The notes under the pieces: generated by a model | What the model saw: the letters and a program-made list of their open reading frames with translations, nothing else | Databases searched by the model: none | Told to the model about the DNA's origin: nothing | Shown here: positions 19,546 through 29,200 of the stretch, piece by piece | Layout: each line of letters starts with the position of its first letter | Numbering within the stretch: position 1 is the stretch's first letter | Origin: Promethearchaeota archaeon | GTDB lineage: Archaea > Asgardarchaeota > Lokiarchaeia > Sigyniarchaeales > SOKP01 | Reading direction: 5' to 3' | Length of the DNA stretch: 46,471 nucleotides | NCBI GenBank assembly: GCA_048937405.1 | Contig: JBHLNF010000019.1 | Coordinates: 1-46,471, forward strand | Made by a program: the position numbers and the translations under genes

Positions 19546-20583
19546 CTATTGATATGGCATGGATTGTTCTTCATTAAGTTTAGAAATTACTTTCACTAAT
19601 TCAAACTCTTCTCTGTTTAGTTTAATCATCAAATTAGCATTCTTTTCAAAATCTTTTATAGAGTTTATGAGAATCCTCTTTAAATCATCAATCAGTTCTA
19701 AAATCGATTCGGTTTGTGACTTTTTTAAATGATTTATTGTTTCATCAAGTTCAGATAAATTGATCAAGAATCTATCGAGTAGTTCTAATCTTTGCTCTTC
19801 ATTCTTATCTAGTTCTTGTCTAAGAAAATCATTATATTTTTGTTCCTCATCTTTCTTATCTAATTTTTCAATAGCACTCTCTTTTTCAACTTTTTTCGGT
19901 TTAAGTTTGATACTTTCAAAGATTGAATCAATTTTAGTTAAGTCTAAAAGTTTACTTTTTAATTTCTCTTCATTCTTACCAATAACACTATAAAACTCTT
20001 TAGTGGGATTACTAATAATTAAATCTGGATTCAATATCTCTTCTCTTTTTAAGTATGAAGATATTAACAATTCAAAACATTCAGCAACATTTTCACCAGT
20101 TTTGGCAGATGTTAGCATTATATGATCATTTTTTGCTAAAATCTCTTGGATAGCTATTTTTGTGGATTCTGGTTTATCTAATAAATCCAATTTATTCCCA
20201 ACATATAGAGATAAGAAGTCTTCAGAATATTTATTTAAAGTTTCCAAAAAATCTTCTTTTAATTTTTCTAATGTTTCCTTTGGTCTAGTTAAATCAAAAA
20301 CTAAGATTGCAATATCTGTGTTTGTATATACTGAAGGATTAAATGGATTGAAAGATCTCTGACCACCTAAGTCCCAAATTGAAATCAAAATTTTAAGTTT
20401 TTTATCATTCTCCTTTAATATATAATCCTTTTTATTAGTGATATTACCTATTGTTGGTAAATATTGTTCAGGAATTTCATTACCTAAAAAAGCATCTACT
20501 AATGAAGTTTTCCCAACTTTTCCTTCTCCACAAATAACTATTTTAATATTAAATTTTATCTCCTCGTATGGAGTCCTCTTAAT
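19546..20583 (-). CDS. Rab/Roc-like small GTPase with C-terminal coiled-coil extension (~345 aa; non-canonical start)
   Basis: The frame stays open 65 codons upstream of the TTG at 20388, up to a TAG at 20584-20586, and there encodes G1 GEGKVGKTS and G2 YLPTIG. Downstream are G3 WDLGGQ, G4 NKLD and G5 TSAK. The exact start (ATT 20583 or a nearby ATA/ATT) is uncertain. Confidence 0.88.
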   Translation of the reverse strand: MKRTPYEEIKFNIKIVICGEGKVGKTSLVDAFLGNEIPEQYLPTIGNITNKKDYILKENDKKLKILISIWDLGGQRSFNPFNPSVYTNTDIAILVFDLTRPKETLEKLKEDFLETLNKYSEDFLSLYVGNKLDLLDKPESTKIAIQEILAKNDHIMLTSAKTGENVAECFELLISSYLKREEILNPDLIISNPTKEFYSVIGKNEEKLKSKLLDLTKIDSIFESIKLKPKKVEKESAIEKLDKKDEEQKYNDFLRQELDKNEEQRLELLDRFLINLSELDETINHLKKSQTESILELIDDLKRILINSIKDFEKNANLMIKLNREEFELVKVISKLNEEQSMPYQ

Positions 20584-21208
20584 CTATTTTATTTATTTCA
20601 AAATTTTTTTATAAGACTCAACTAAAATCAACAATTTTTTATAAAATCAAAAAGATCCCAATATTTAAAGTTATTTTTATAATATTTATTAATGTTGTTT
20701 GAATACCCCCATAATATTCTAATATTTTATTCATATTGTTTACGATTTAAACACATCTAATAAAATAATATAAGTATTTCCATAAAAGTTCAGTAAAGCT
20801 AAAAAGATCAAGATAATAATAAATATAAGGCATAAGATATTAGAATAAAGATTAAAAGAAACATGTATCTTCTTTTTGTATTTTAAAGCAATACTTATAT
20901 TCTTTTTCGTCTTATTTTATTATATTTCATATGAGTTTGATTGTCTAAAAATGAATTCAAAGAAAAAGATACAATTAATTTCAAATGTACTGTATATATA
21001 TGATGATGGGATTTATCTTTATTGTAGAAACATGTTTAATGGCAATTTAAAGGGAGATAGTCTTGGTTGTGGTTATCCTGTGGATTTATGTCATGATTAT
21101 AACGAATTTACTTACCCGAATGGTAATTGGGAAGACATTTCTCTGATAACAATAGATAAAATAATTCAAGATAAAAAACTCCTAATCTAATCAATGATTG
21201 TGAGAAGA

Positions 21209-22036
21209 ATGGAATTTTTAGAGACAAAAGTAATTCTAGAAGGTTTAAAGTTTCCAGAAGGTCCTCGTTGGCATGATGAGAGACTTTGGTTTTCTGATAT
21301 GAGATCACGAAAGGTTACAGTCGTTGATCTAAATGGAAATTCAGAAATAATAGCAGAAGTACCAAATCGCCCTTCTGGGTTGGGTTGGCTTCCTGATGGA
21401 AGTCTTTTAATTGTTTCAATGGAAGATCGTCATTTACTTCGTCTTGACGCGGACGGTCTTACTGAATTAGCTGATTTAAGCAAACTTATATCGTTTTCCA
21501 TAAATGATATGGTTGTAGATAAAGAAGGAAGATCCTACATAGGAAGTTTTGGCTTTGATTATCTCAATAATAAATCTTTCAATTCTGCTGAGATTGTACT
21601 TGTATCACCTCAAGGAGAAGCTAGGATTGTTGCTGATAATATGGATTTCCCTAATGGAATGGTTATCACTCCAGATGATAAAACTCTTATAGTAGCAGAA
21701 ACATATGCATTTCAACTTACAGCTTTTGATATACTTGATGATGGTTCTCTAACGAAACGAAGAGTTTGGGCGAATCTCGAATCATTACCACCAGATGGTA
21801 TATGTTTAGATGCAGAGGGTGCAATTTGGGTAGCTACACCTAACCATAGTAGTGTTGTACGTGTTCTTGAAGGTGGTAAAATAACTCATAAGGTTAATGT
21901 TTCCACAGAGGCTTATGCTTGTATGTTAGGGGGACCAGATAGAGATATACTCTTCATTTGTACATCAACTCAAGAAAGAACAAATGGAAGAATAGAATAT
22001 GTAAAAGTTGATGTACCTGGAGCAGGACTTCCTTAA
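21209..22036 (+). CDS. SMP-30/gluconolactonase/LRE family protein
   Basis: Motifs FPEGPRWH, INDMVVD, FPNG, PDGICLDAEGAIWVA. The start is at 21209 or 21194. Confidence 0.92.
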   Translation: MEFLETKVILEGLKFPEGPRWHDERLWFSDMRSRKVTVVDLNGNSEIIAEVPNRPSGLGWLPDGSLLIVSMEDRHLLRLDADGLTELADLSKLISFSINDMVVDKEGRSYIGSFGFDYLNNKSFNSAEIVLVSPQGEARIVADNMDFPNGMVITPDDKTLIVAETYAFQLTAFDILDDGSLTKRRVWANLESLPPDGICLDAEGAIWVATPNHSSVVRVLEGGKITHKVNVSTEAYACMLGGPDRDILFICTSTQERTNGRIEYVKVDVPGAGLP

Positions 22037-22088
22037 TTAATAACATATTTAAATAATTTTATTAGAACCACAAAATAATTATTAGAAA

Positions 22089-22565
22089 ATGACAAATAAT
22101 AGAAAAGAAATTGAACCGTATGATTATATTGAATATTTCAAGAAAAATACTGGACTTATAGTATCAATGGATAAAAGTGGAAAACCAAATGTTATGGCTC
22201 TTGATTGGAAAAATATCGAAGATTTTGACGGTAATATAGTAATAAGAGCTCAGGTGGCTTATTCTCGATATACTTATACCTTACTTACAAAAGGAGTAAA
22301 TCAATTTTCAATAAACATCCCCTCTGATGCTCAATATACTGCCGTAGATATTGCTGGATCTTATTCAGGAAGAAATACTGATAAATTCAAAAAAGCGGGA
22401 CTAGAAACCATTCCTGGAGAGAAAATTAAAGTACCTACTATAAAAGATTGCCTTTTAAGTTATGAATGCCAAATTATTCACACAAGTAAATCAAATATGA
22501 GTAGTCATCATTATTTCTATGGAAAAATTCTAGCTGCTTATGCCTCTGATGAAATATTAGAATAA
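22089..22565 (+). CDS. flavin reductase-like (flavoredoxin) protein
   Basis: Motifs GKPNVMA, SRYTY, FSINIP, GSYSGRNTDKF, YECQI, HHYFYGKI. Confidence 0.88.
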   Translation: MTNNRKEIEPYDYIEYFKKNTGLIVSMDKSGKPNVMALDWKNIEDFDGNIVIRAQVAYSRYTYTLLTKGVNQFSINIPSDAQYTAVDIAGSYSGRNTDKFKKAGLETIPGEKIKVPTIKDCLLSYECQIIHTSKSNMSSHHYFYGKILAAYASDEILE

Positions 22566-22982
22566 CTACTCTAATACTCTTTCACAATAGCAGTCTGAAG
22601 AATTTGAAATTTGTTCACCACACGGGCACATCTTTGGATGGTTATATCTTTCACAGATTTTATTTATAATATCACAAGAGAAAAGAAGATTGAATTTTTC
22701 GCATTCTTCATGAGCAACTTTAGGATTCACACTAAATTCATTAATTAATAAGATCTCAAGTAAGCGAGCATGACGAGTTAGCTCGATTGCCATATCTTTT
22801 CCTTTTTCTGATAGATTTACTGGGTTATAGCGTTGATAAATTACATATTGCTTTTCTTCCAATCTTTTAATAGAACTTCCTATTGTAGAATGTGGCATAT
22901 TAATCTTTTTAGCTATCTTACCTACCTTTTGAGGTCCATCTTTATATAACAATTTTAAAATTTTAAATTCGAAATCTAGCAT
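22566..22982 (-). CDS. DtxR/MntR-family metal-dependent repressor (short, Cys-rich)
   Basis: wHTH (IAKKINMPHSTIGSSIKRLEEK, YQRYNPVNLSEKG), RHARLLE, and C-terminal HPKMCPCG corresponding to canonical PxxCPHG. Confidence 0.85.
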   Translation of the reverse strand: MLDFEFKILKLLYKDGPQKVGKIAKKINMPHSTIGSSIKRLEEKQYVIYQRYNPVNLSEKGKDMAIELTRHARLLEILLINEFSVNPKVAHEECEKFNLLFSCDIINKICERYNHPKMCPCGEQISNSSDCYCERVLE

Positions 22983-23025
22983 TTTACAAAAGAAAAATAT
23001 AACTATTTAATTTATTAAATCAATA

Positions 23026-23781
23026 TTAGTGTTCATGACCTCCTAATGACAATAATAATACCATCGTTATAATTCCAAGTACCAGCACAAGTAATTGTCG
23101 AATAATATATTTTAAATCTGTGTGTTGATGAAGGTCTGGAGTTAAATCTGATAACGCAATATATATAAAACTTGCAGCAGAGATTGCTAATAAAAATGGT
23201 ACAACAAATTCAATCGAGTCTAAAATAAAATAAGAAATTATTGATGCAGGTATTGTTGTTGAACTCGAAATAATATTATAAATAAAAGCTTTCTTTCTTG
23301 AGTAACCTGAATGTAAAAGAACCCCAAAATCTCCTGTTTCTTGAGCTATTTCATGAATAATTATTGTGAATCCAGCAACAAGTCCAAGATTTAATCCTGA
23401 TAAAAATGCTGCAGCAATCACAATACCATCAGTAAAATTATGGAAAGAATCTCCCACAAGTATAATTGGACCAGAAGCCTGGGAATGAATCTCACATGTA
23501 TTATTCCGACAATTTCTCCATATCACAATTTTTTCCATAATAAAGAAGAAAAGGATACCACCTAAGATATAAGGCATAATTAAATGAGGTTCTCCAACTT
23601 CTTCAACAGCTTCAGGAATTAATCCTAAAAAAGCAACAGTTAACAAAACTCCTGTGGCAAAAGAAATTAGGATTGGAATTATTGTCTTTTGAAATTTCTC
23701 ACTTATAAACATGAAACTTCCAGCAGCACATATCGCGCCAATACTTCCTAAAATACTAAAAATTATAACCCAAAGTAAAAT
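23026..23781 (-). CDS. ZIP-family (ZupT/GufA) divalent metal transporter (non-canonical ATT start)
   Basis: Motifs SFATGVLL, GDSFHNFTDG, HEIAQETGDF, ASFIYIALSDLTP. The first TM helix (LLWVIIFSILGSIGAICAAG) lies in frame upstream of ATG 23712, beginning at ATT 23781. Confidence 0.9.
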   Translation of the reverse strand: MLLWVIIFSILGSIGAICAAGSFMFISEKFQKTIIPILISFATGVLLTVAFLGLIPEAVEEVGEPHLIMPYILGGILFFFIMEKIVIWRNCRNNTCEIHSQASGPIILVGDSFHNFTDGIVIAAAFLSGLNLGLVAGFTIIIHEIAQETGDFGVLLHSGYSRKKAFIYNIISSSTTIPASIISYFILDSIEFVVPFLLAISAASFIYIALSDLTPDLHQHTDLKYIIRQLLVLVLGIITMVLLLSLGGHEH

Positions 23782-23836
23782 ATTTTACCACTATATGTTA
23801 ATATTGAATTGATTTAGTTAGTTTTGTCAATTATTT

Positions 23837-23862
23837 AAAATTTACGATGGATCGTAAATTTT
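23837..23862. promoter_or_regulatory. inverted repeat AAAATTTACGAT-GG-ATCGTAAATTTT, probable DtxR-family operator
   Basis: Perfect 12-bp arms with a 2-bp spacer, 55 bp upstream of the ZIP-dtxR unit. AT-rich palindromes of this size are typical of DtxR/MntR boxes. Confidence 0.7.
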
Positions 23863-23980
23863 TATTAAATTAAATTTTACTAATTTTTCTCTTAAAAAGA
23901 TACTTGCTAAAAGAACTTAATAGTCAGAAAATCCAATTAATGTATAAGTCAAATATAATATCTATTCTAAAGGTCATTTC

Positions 23981-25417
23981 ATTATTAAAAAGCCACTAAT
24001 TCTAACTTGTATAGAATGTAATAAAAAGTATGAATTTACCTCAATTGAACATGAGTGTCCTGAATGTAAAGGTCTTTTATGGTTTGAATTAAATGTTGAT
24101 AATCTTAAAATAAAGTTTAATAAAATTAATATCAATAGCAAATTCTGGGACTTTAAATTCGCGTTTCCTCCAATCGATAAAAATTGCATTATAACTTTAG
24201 GTGAAGGTGGAACTCCTTGTAGATCTTCAAAAAAATTAAGTGAAAAATTACAAGTAAATAATTTATATTTTAAAGATGAAACATCAAATCCAACAAATTC
24301 TTTTAAGGATCGTACAGCAGCATTATTGGTATCACATGCAAGAAGTTGGGCTTTTGAAAAAATCATTTGTGCTTCAAATGGAAATCAAGGTGCTTCCATA
24401 GCAGCTTATTCTTCCCTTGAGGGAATTAAATGTTTCAATATTATTCCCAAGGAAATTGACGTAGGTAAAAAAGCTCAAATTATTGCTTATGATTCTGATT
24501 TAAAAATTGTCGGTGATACTGTTGACGACGCTATTGATTTTGTCTTAAATGATAAGGATTTTAAAGATTATTATCAAGGCACGCCAGAATTGAATCCCCT
24601 TACATTAGAAGCACAAAAAACCATAGCTTATGAAATCTCTAATCAGATTGAAATACCTAATTGGGTTATAATTCCAATGGGAAGTGGAGAACTACTAGTA
24701 AGTCTTTGGAAAGGTTTTAATGAACTTAAAAAAGTAAAAATCATTACTCAAATTCCAAAATTAATTGGTGTTCAATCTCAATCTTCATCTCCAATTATCA
24801 ACGAATTTTTTAATAATTCTGAACATAAAAAAGCAATTCCAAATGAGTATAAATCAATTGCATTAGGAATCTTGGTACAAAAGCCGATATATAAAGATTT
24901 AGCGATAAAATGTATAAAAGATAGTGAAGGAACCGTAATTGCTGTTCCTGAAGAGTTTTTATTAAACTCAATTGAAGAACTTATAAAAGATGAGGGAATA
25001 TTCGCAGAACCATCCTCTGCTTTAACTTTTGCTTCTTTAAAATTGTTAGATCAAAAAGGAGTGTTTGAATCTAAAGATAATATAGTTTGTCTCATTACTG
25101 GAAGTGGATTTAAAGCACCATATGTATTGGAGGCTATTTCATCACAAACTAAAACTACTGGAAAAGGTTCTATAATCATAACAAAGTTAAAAATACTCTC
25201 TCAGGTTTCTCTTTCAAGTATCAAAGGAATAACTGGAACAGAGATTAAGGAGACTATGGGTAATATTAGTTTAGCAGCTATATATCAACATCTAAAAGAA
25301 TTAGAGACAAAAGGTTTGATATACAGGAAAAAAGAAGGAAAGATTGTTTTATACTATATAGCTGATATTGGGAAAAAAGTCTTGGACGCTTTAGATGTAC
25401 TAATTACTTTACTTTAA
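23981..25417 (+). CDS. thrC: threonine synthase-like PLP enzyme with N-terminal Zn ribbon and C-terminal winged-HTH (~478 aa; non-canonical ATT start)
   Basis: The frame is open from the TAA at 23945-23947 and encodes CIEC...CPEC, TLGEGGTP and KDETSNPTNSFKDR (PLP Lys codon 24305-24307), all upstream of the first canonical start at 24326. Downstream are ASNGNQG, PMGSGEL, EPSSA, LITGSGFK, then the wHTH IYQHLKELETKGLI. Confidence 0.88.
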   Translation: MIKKPLILTCIECNKKYEFTSIEHECPECKGLLWFELNVDNLKIKFNKININSKFWDFKFAFPPIDKNCIITLGEGGTPCRSSKKLSEKLQVNNLYFKDETSNPTNSFKDRTAALLVSHARSWAFEKIICASNGNQGASIAAYSSLEGIKCFNIIPKEIDVGKKAQIIAYDSDLKIVGDTVDDAIDFVLNDKDFKDYYQGTPELNPLTLEAQKTIAYEISNQIEIPNWVIIPMGSGELLVSLWKGFNELKKVKIITQIPKLIGVQSQSSSPIINEFFNNSEHKKAIPNEYKSIALGILVQKPIYKDLAIKCIKDSEGTVIAVPEEFLLNSIEELIKDEGIFAEPSSALTFASLKLLDQKGVFESKDNIVCLITGSGFKAPYVLEAISSQTKTTGKGSIIITKLKILSQVSLSSIKGITGTEIKETMGNISLAAIYQHLKELETKGLIYRKKEGKIVLYYIADIGKKVLDALDVLITLL

Positions 25418-25429
25418 AATTCCAAAATC

Positions 25430-26029
25430 TCAATATTCACTATCAATAGTAACAAAAATTTTATCAAAAACTTGTGGTAAATTACCTGTTATTATCTTAC
25501 GAGTGGCTGTTGTCAATAGTAATGAACCAATAACGCCAAATCCAAATTGAAATAAGTTTCCTGGCAATTCACCCAAAGCTCCTCCAATACCATATATAGG
25601 TAGCTCAACTAAAAAATAACCAGAGACCATTATTAACCCACCAATAATTACAGCAATAAAATCTCTATAATCAATTTTTAATTTTTTTCTTTTTGGATTA
25701 CTAATTAATCCTACAAGAAATCCCTCTAAACCTTTAATTATTAAAGTTGGAATTGCAAATTGTGGAAATCCAATAATATCTGCTATTGCAGACCCAATAC
25801 CACCAGCAAGCCCTCCAATAATCGGACCAAAATATAAACCAGATAGCATTACGCCGAAATCACCAATATTTATATATCCTGTAGTTACAGGAACAGGTAT
25901 TCTTATAATAAGTGTTAATATACAAACTAATGCTGCAAATATACTAGTTATCGAGATAATTAATACATTATTAGGTAGAAGATAACCTAAAAAGCATTTA
26001 TCATCTTTAAGTTCTCCATTTTTTACCAA
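25430..26029 (-). CDS. ECF transporter S component
   Basis: Motifs IFAALVCIL, IPVPVTTGYINIGD, FGPIIGGLAGGIGSAIAD, TLIIKGLEG. The start is probably TTG 26029 rather than 26137. Confidence 0.88.
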   Translation of the reverse strand: MVKNGELKDDKCFLGYLLPNNVLIISITSIFAALVCILTLIIRIPVPVTTGYINIGDFGVMLSGLYFGPIIGGLAGGIGSAIADIIGFPQFAIPTLIIKGLEGFLVGLISNPKRKKLKIDYRDFIAVIIGGLIMVSGYFLVELPIYGIGGALGELPGNLFQFGFGVIGSLLLTTATRKIITGNLPQVFDKIFVTIDSEY

Positions 26030-26248
26030 TTTGCTCTCATCTCTCTTATTTTTTATATTTACAAATATAAGTTTAAACTTATATTTAATTTGTATTCTTT
26101 TATATTTAAATTTTATATATTTAACCCAGCTTTTCATGAAGAGAATATAATTTTTAAATAGCTTAGAGATCTATAAAGTATTAATAATCTAATTAAAACT
26201 TTACAGTTTAGTAGAAAACCAAATTAAGAATTTAAATAGGAAACAAAA

Positions 26249-29200
26249 ATGAAAGCTAAAAATAATTTTAAAGCCAAAAGAAGAATTTTCGTTTTAGTCA
26301 TTTTAATTTTCGGATTATTCTTACCACTATTCTATGGATTTCAATCTAATAATCTTAAAGTTGATTTCTCTTCTGGATTAAATACAACACAAGCTAATGG
26401 TTCTAGTGAGGATTCAGTGATATGGAAATTAGGTAAAGGTTTACCCGGATCAGGTGCGACAATGAAGCCTAGGTTAATAAATTTAACTGAAAGTAGTGAA
26501 TCATTAATTATAGTTGGAACAGATGAAGGTCTGGCAGCTATTACATTAGACGGTTTTATCAACATGAGTTATAGAACATTTGGACCTGTGATTGATTTTG
26601 ATATTATTGAAGATATATCAGGTGATTCTAATGATGATATAATCCTTATTACTTATTACAATGAGCATCCAAACCTAATTGCAATAGCTTCTAATAATGG
26701 TACAGAATTATGGAAGTTTAAAGCTACTATAGAAGGAATTAGTCCTGAAACTTTTGAAACCCAAGAATTTATCACATATACATGGGATATTGAAGCAATC
26801 AATGATATAAACGATGATTCGATATCGGAAATTGTGATTTCTTCATGGTATAGAATATTTGTTGTAAGTGGAAAAACAGGTGAAAAAATTTGGATGAGAG
26901 ATGGAGATTTTACAAACGATGTTTGGAAATTAGCAATTCTTGAAGATATAAATAATAATGGATTCGAGACTATTATTGCAGGATCGGAAGAAGGAAAATT
27001 ATGTGCTTTTGATTCTAGAAGTGGAAGGAAACTCTGGACTTTTAAGGTTGATGAGTTGAAGCACCGTGTAAGAACTTTCGCAGGATATTCTACAGAGATC
27101 ATTCCAAATTCTATTGATGATATTAAGGTAATTGAGGATGTTGATAATGATGATATTGATGATATTCTTATTGCAGCTGATGACGGCTATCTCAGATTAA
27201 TTTCTGGAAATTCTGGAATTGAACTTAACAATATTATTTGTTATAATATAACTAAACCAAGCGAATCATCATCTGATTTTGAAGACTCTCCATATACTTC
27301 AAGAGAGAGATTATTTACTAAAAGTGGCATAAAAATTTATGAAATCCCTGATATTGATAATAATGGGAAAAGTGATTATATTTCAATTGCCACTGATCTT
27401 GATTATGGTTATATAGATTACTATGAGAAAAAAATTGTAGGAACAATTTTTCACATTAATCCAGAATTTGAATTTGAAAAATTCAATATTACTTATCATA
27501 TAAATTGGACATATCAAAGTTTTTATCAAGATTCTTATCCTGAAATAATTGAATTTAATTCTGGATCACAAGTTTATTTCTATCATTATGGTAGAGATCA
27601 GTATTATGACGGATCTACTAATCCTCGAATTATCAGATATGATATTAATGATTTAAATTCTGAAAATCCAATAATTGTCTATAATGACCCAGATCAACCA
27701 AGTTCTCTTTCTTATGATTCACCAACAGTATCTTATTTATTAAATGTAGGAGATGTGAATTCTGATGGAATCGACGATTTATTTGCTATTAGTGCTGATG
27801 GTCGTTATTTATGTATTGATACAGCAAATGACAATACACTCTGGGTAAGGACTCGGAAAGACTTCAAGTTAGAGATCACAGACATTGATGATTTAAATGA
27901 TGATGGATTTGATGATTTCTTAATCAAACAAATAAGTGATTTTAAGCCAGATTGGATTTATTCAGTTGATTCCGAGGGAGAGGAATCTGATACTGAGAAA
28001 CCAAAAATTATAAATGAATTATTTACGATGGATGGAAAAACTGGAAATATAATTTGGTCTTTCGAAACACCCTCTCCTCAGTATTATGAAGGATTAAGGG
28101 ATTTAAAGAACGTAGGTGATATTACTGATGATGGAATAGATGATTATGTAGGATGGATAATCCCATCAACTATACCATCTGATATTTCTGAAATTATAGA
28201 AGCTCTTATAGATGATGAAGTAATTGGACAAGATGATGTTGATAATGAAATTATTCATGAAGATATTTACAGGACATTATTATCTAAATATACTAAATTA
28301 CTCGCGATTAGTGGTTCCAATGGAACTATTTTTTGGAATAACGATTTAATAGATTTTCCCTATAAATTTCATCGCCAGTATAGCTATAATGGCACCTATG
28401 AAGATCCAACTTCAGGTGTTTCTACTGGTGAAGATTTTTATAATAGAGTAAATGGTGAATATCCTCAAGATTGGAGTGGAGGTGGAAGTTATGAGTACAT
28501 ATATTGGGATGGTGATTGGGACATTTCGACATTATTACATCCAATTGATATTGATATTAAAAATGGAACAGAGTCTGGCAATTTATTTGATGTAAGGGGT
28601 AACCAAGATAGTAATTATACAGTCACATCCTACAATTCATCTGCTTCTTCTAAATCATTGAAAATAGGTACGACACTTGATAGTTCCTCAATAGGAACTA
28701 TAGAAAGTCAGGATGGTTTATATTGGGATTTATACTCAATAATTTCTAATGAAGAACAGCGAATTAAAGCCGAATTATCATTTAATATGTCTCAACTAGT
28801 TGATAAAGAGTTGGATTATATAAAAGTTGATTATAATGGATTTATGCTTGATAATGATATTGAATGGATTGAAATTTCTATTTTTAACTTTTCTCTTAAT
28901 GAGTGGAAAAATATAAGTACAAACGAAATTAACATAACAGAATCACAATCATCGAGTTTCTCATGGACTTTAAATTATACAAAAGGATTAACTTCTGGTT
29001 TAGATAACTTAGTAAGAATTAAATTAGAAGCTAAAAATTCTTCCGCATTTAGTATAAGTGTTGATGAACTCGTGGTAAATTATATTTATACTTTTAAAAA
29101 TTACTCAATTTCTGCTGAGAATGTTGGGGACTCATGGAGAGCATTATTCGAATTAACTATATCCACAGATTTTTCTGATGATAAATTATTAGGAGTTATG

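Noticed and set aside
20876-21190. 104-aa ORF containing GDSLGCGY (GDSL-lipase-like)
   Set aside because: The motif lacks the preceding hydrophobic strand and the other SGNH blocks, and the N-terminus is low-complexity. It could be a small gene or remnant but no call is supportable.
23974-24366. 130-aa minus-strand ORF
   Set aside because: Antisense shadow of the true N-terminal part of thrC, which contains the Zn ribbon and PLP lysine.
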